Origin: Camelus ferus
Taxonomy: Eukaryota
Direction: 5' to 3'
Assembly (NCBI RefSeq): GCF_009834535.1
Contig: NC_045696.1
Span: forward strand, 4,838,001-4,902,000
DNA: 64,000 nucleotides
The position numbers and the translations under genes were made by a program. The notes below the pieces were generated by a model. It did not search any database. It worked only from the letters and a program-made list of their open reading frames with translations, and was not told the origin of the DNA. Positions 62,240 through 64,000 of the stretch are shown here, in pieces. Every line of letters begins with the position of its first letter. Within the stretch, counting starts at the first letter, position 1.

Positions 62240-64000
62240 AAACTCCTAGTCTCATCGTGCAGATCTCAGTATGTATGCCCGGTTCCAAAATGATCGTGGG
62301 AGGCAGAGCGCGGATGTTGGAGCCTGGGAGACTTACTTTAAACCTGGCTCTAACAGTTTTCTTCAGCTGTGTGATCATGAACAAGTGATTCACTGTTTTA
62401 AACACGGGATGAAGAGCTGGTAGTGTTCTGACATGTTAGGAAGAGGAAATGAATAGTGAGAACGAAGGGCCATTTGTAGCCAACTGAAAAAAAGGTATAG
62501 GTTGTAGGTTAGGATGTGGGATAAGATCAAGTTTAAGGCAACCCTGAACTTTGGGGTAAGCGCTACACTTTGCTCAGAAGCACTGAGCGGCCATTAAAAT
62601 GAGTCACTTCTTAAAATGCTAAATGTAAGTGACACGTCGCCCCAGGTGTGTAAGAGCCCAGAGGGCAAGGATTCTGTAAGCTGCCGGTAGCCCCAGTACC
62701 AGGGAATTCAAACAAGTGTTTTTGGCAACAGGCAGCTGAATGCAGTGTCCTCAGTGAGGTCCTGTGGTGACACTGCCTTGTAAACTGACTTGCTGTAGAA
62801 GCGGAGAGCCGCTAATACTGCAGCTGCCCTCACGGAGGGGTAGAATAACGCGCCAGTGGTGGAAACAGCAGTAGCAGTATTTAGGGCCCTTCATTCACCA
62901 GTGTTTTCCTCACGTGAGTGTCTGTGGCCATTTCAAGTTGAGTGTTTTACACTTGATGAGCGCCCAGTTCTGGAACTTCCCAGGGGACAGAGAATGTAAG
63001 TTGCTCCAAACAAGTGTATTTTCCACCTGGCAGTCTCCCTCCTCACTCAACTGAAACCACCACAACAAATCAACACCATCGTTGTTTTTAGAAATCATTC
63101 TTAGCATAATGTATTAATGAGTGCTAAATCTGATCTAACTAAATTTAGCTAATTCCCAAGGTTAGAATTTGTTTGGAAAGTTGGCAAAATTGTGAAGAAT
63201 CTCTTTTATCTAGTCTCTTGTTATGGGTGATAGTGAAATTTTGTCACACGGTTGTTTCCTGTAAACATCCTTTTAACATATTTTTGTGAACTAAATATTT
63301 TAGAATTTGAATTAAAATTGTTTTTTGATGTGATATAGTAGCAATGAAGACAGAAATAAACAAAATCCTTCTATTAAGTTAAAATTTGAAATTGTAAATG
63401 CTCCCTTGATTTAGGAAGTCAGCACTGTCGGTGCTGTTCTGAAGCGTAGTGAGTTGCCCTGGAGTTGGAAACCTTGATGAGCTACATTTACATCCACACA
63501 GGCACCAAGACACAGCTTTCTCTCCGCTAATGGCTTAGAAGGGGCTTCAGCAAGAGTCCTGGTAATCAGGTTGGACATTCTGAATTGATGGCTGATCGAG
63601 GGAAAGGGCCAAGATATGCAGTGATTTCAGGGACTTTTAACAAGACTTGGCAAATAAACAGGACACACAGTCAATCACACAGTAAATGCCAATACCCCCC
63701 ACCCAACCTGTTCCGCAGGAGGGCCCCTGGGCAAAAAACAAAACTGATAAAATAAAATAAAATAAAAATGAACTGCAGGCACCAAGAAACCTTAACAGAA
63801 TTTTCTCTATAGAGAGTGCTTCTTTTGTAGAACTGCCTTATTGTCTGTTTTCTTTGTGTTCACTTATACAAAGAGAAAAGAAAACTAATAGCAAGATCTC
63901 AGTATTTCTGAGTTTCTTTGTTTTTTAAAATTTTGTGATTTAAGAAAAAGAAAGCAAAGAGAAATGCTTTGCAAAGGCAACTTTGGAATCTACACAGACA

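Noticed and set aside
1..64000. CRISPR array, operon or other prokaryotic-type system
   Set aside because: The sequence is clearly eutherian genomic DNA, with no repeat-spacer array or gene-dense region

Overview
Mammalian non-coding DNA, most likely camelid (alpaca, llama or camel). The inference rests on three Vic-1-like tRNA-derived SINEs and the apparent absence of Alu, BovB/Bov-A, PRE-1, Can-SINE or ERE elements. I found no host protein-coding exon. The only protein-like ORFs belong to a full-length (~7.0 kb), disabled LINE-1 on the minus strand (11895-18935), nested in an ancient L1M in the same orientation. The rest is typical eutherian interspersed repeats (MaLR and ERV1 solo LTRs, MIR, L2, L3, HAL1, MER5, MER2, Charlie1), microsatellites and unique motif-rich blocks that may be enhancers. 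The most notable observations are: (i) several TSD-bounded chimeric retroposons (SINEs with foreign 3' tails, a twin-primed L1 ending in an older L1M tail, an L1/SINE head-to-head unit); (ii) short AT-to-GC substitution bursts inside old repeats, suggesting GC-biased gene conversion; (iii) a 59-bp monomer periodicity in the L1 promoter; (iv) three strong CTCF motifs. Nothing here demonstrates a wholly new biological system. Repeat subfamily names come from recalled consensus sequences, and the boundaries of old repeats are approximate.
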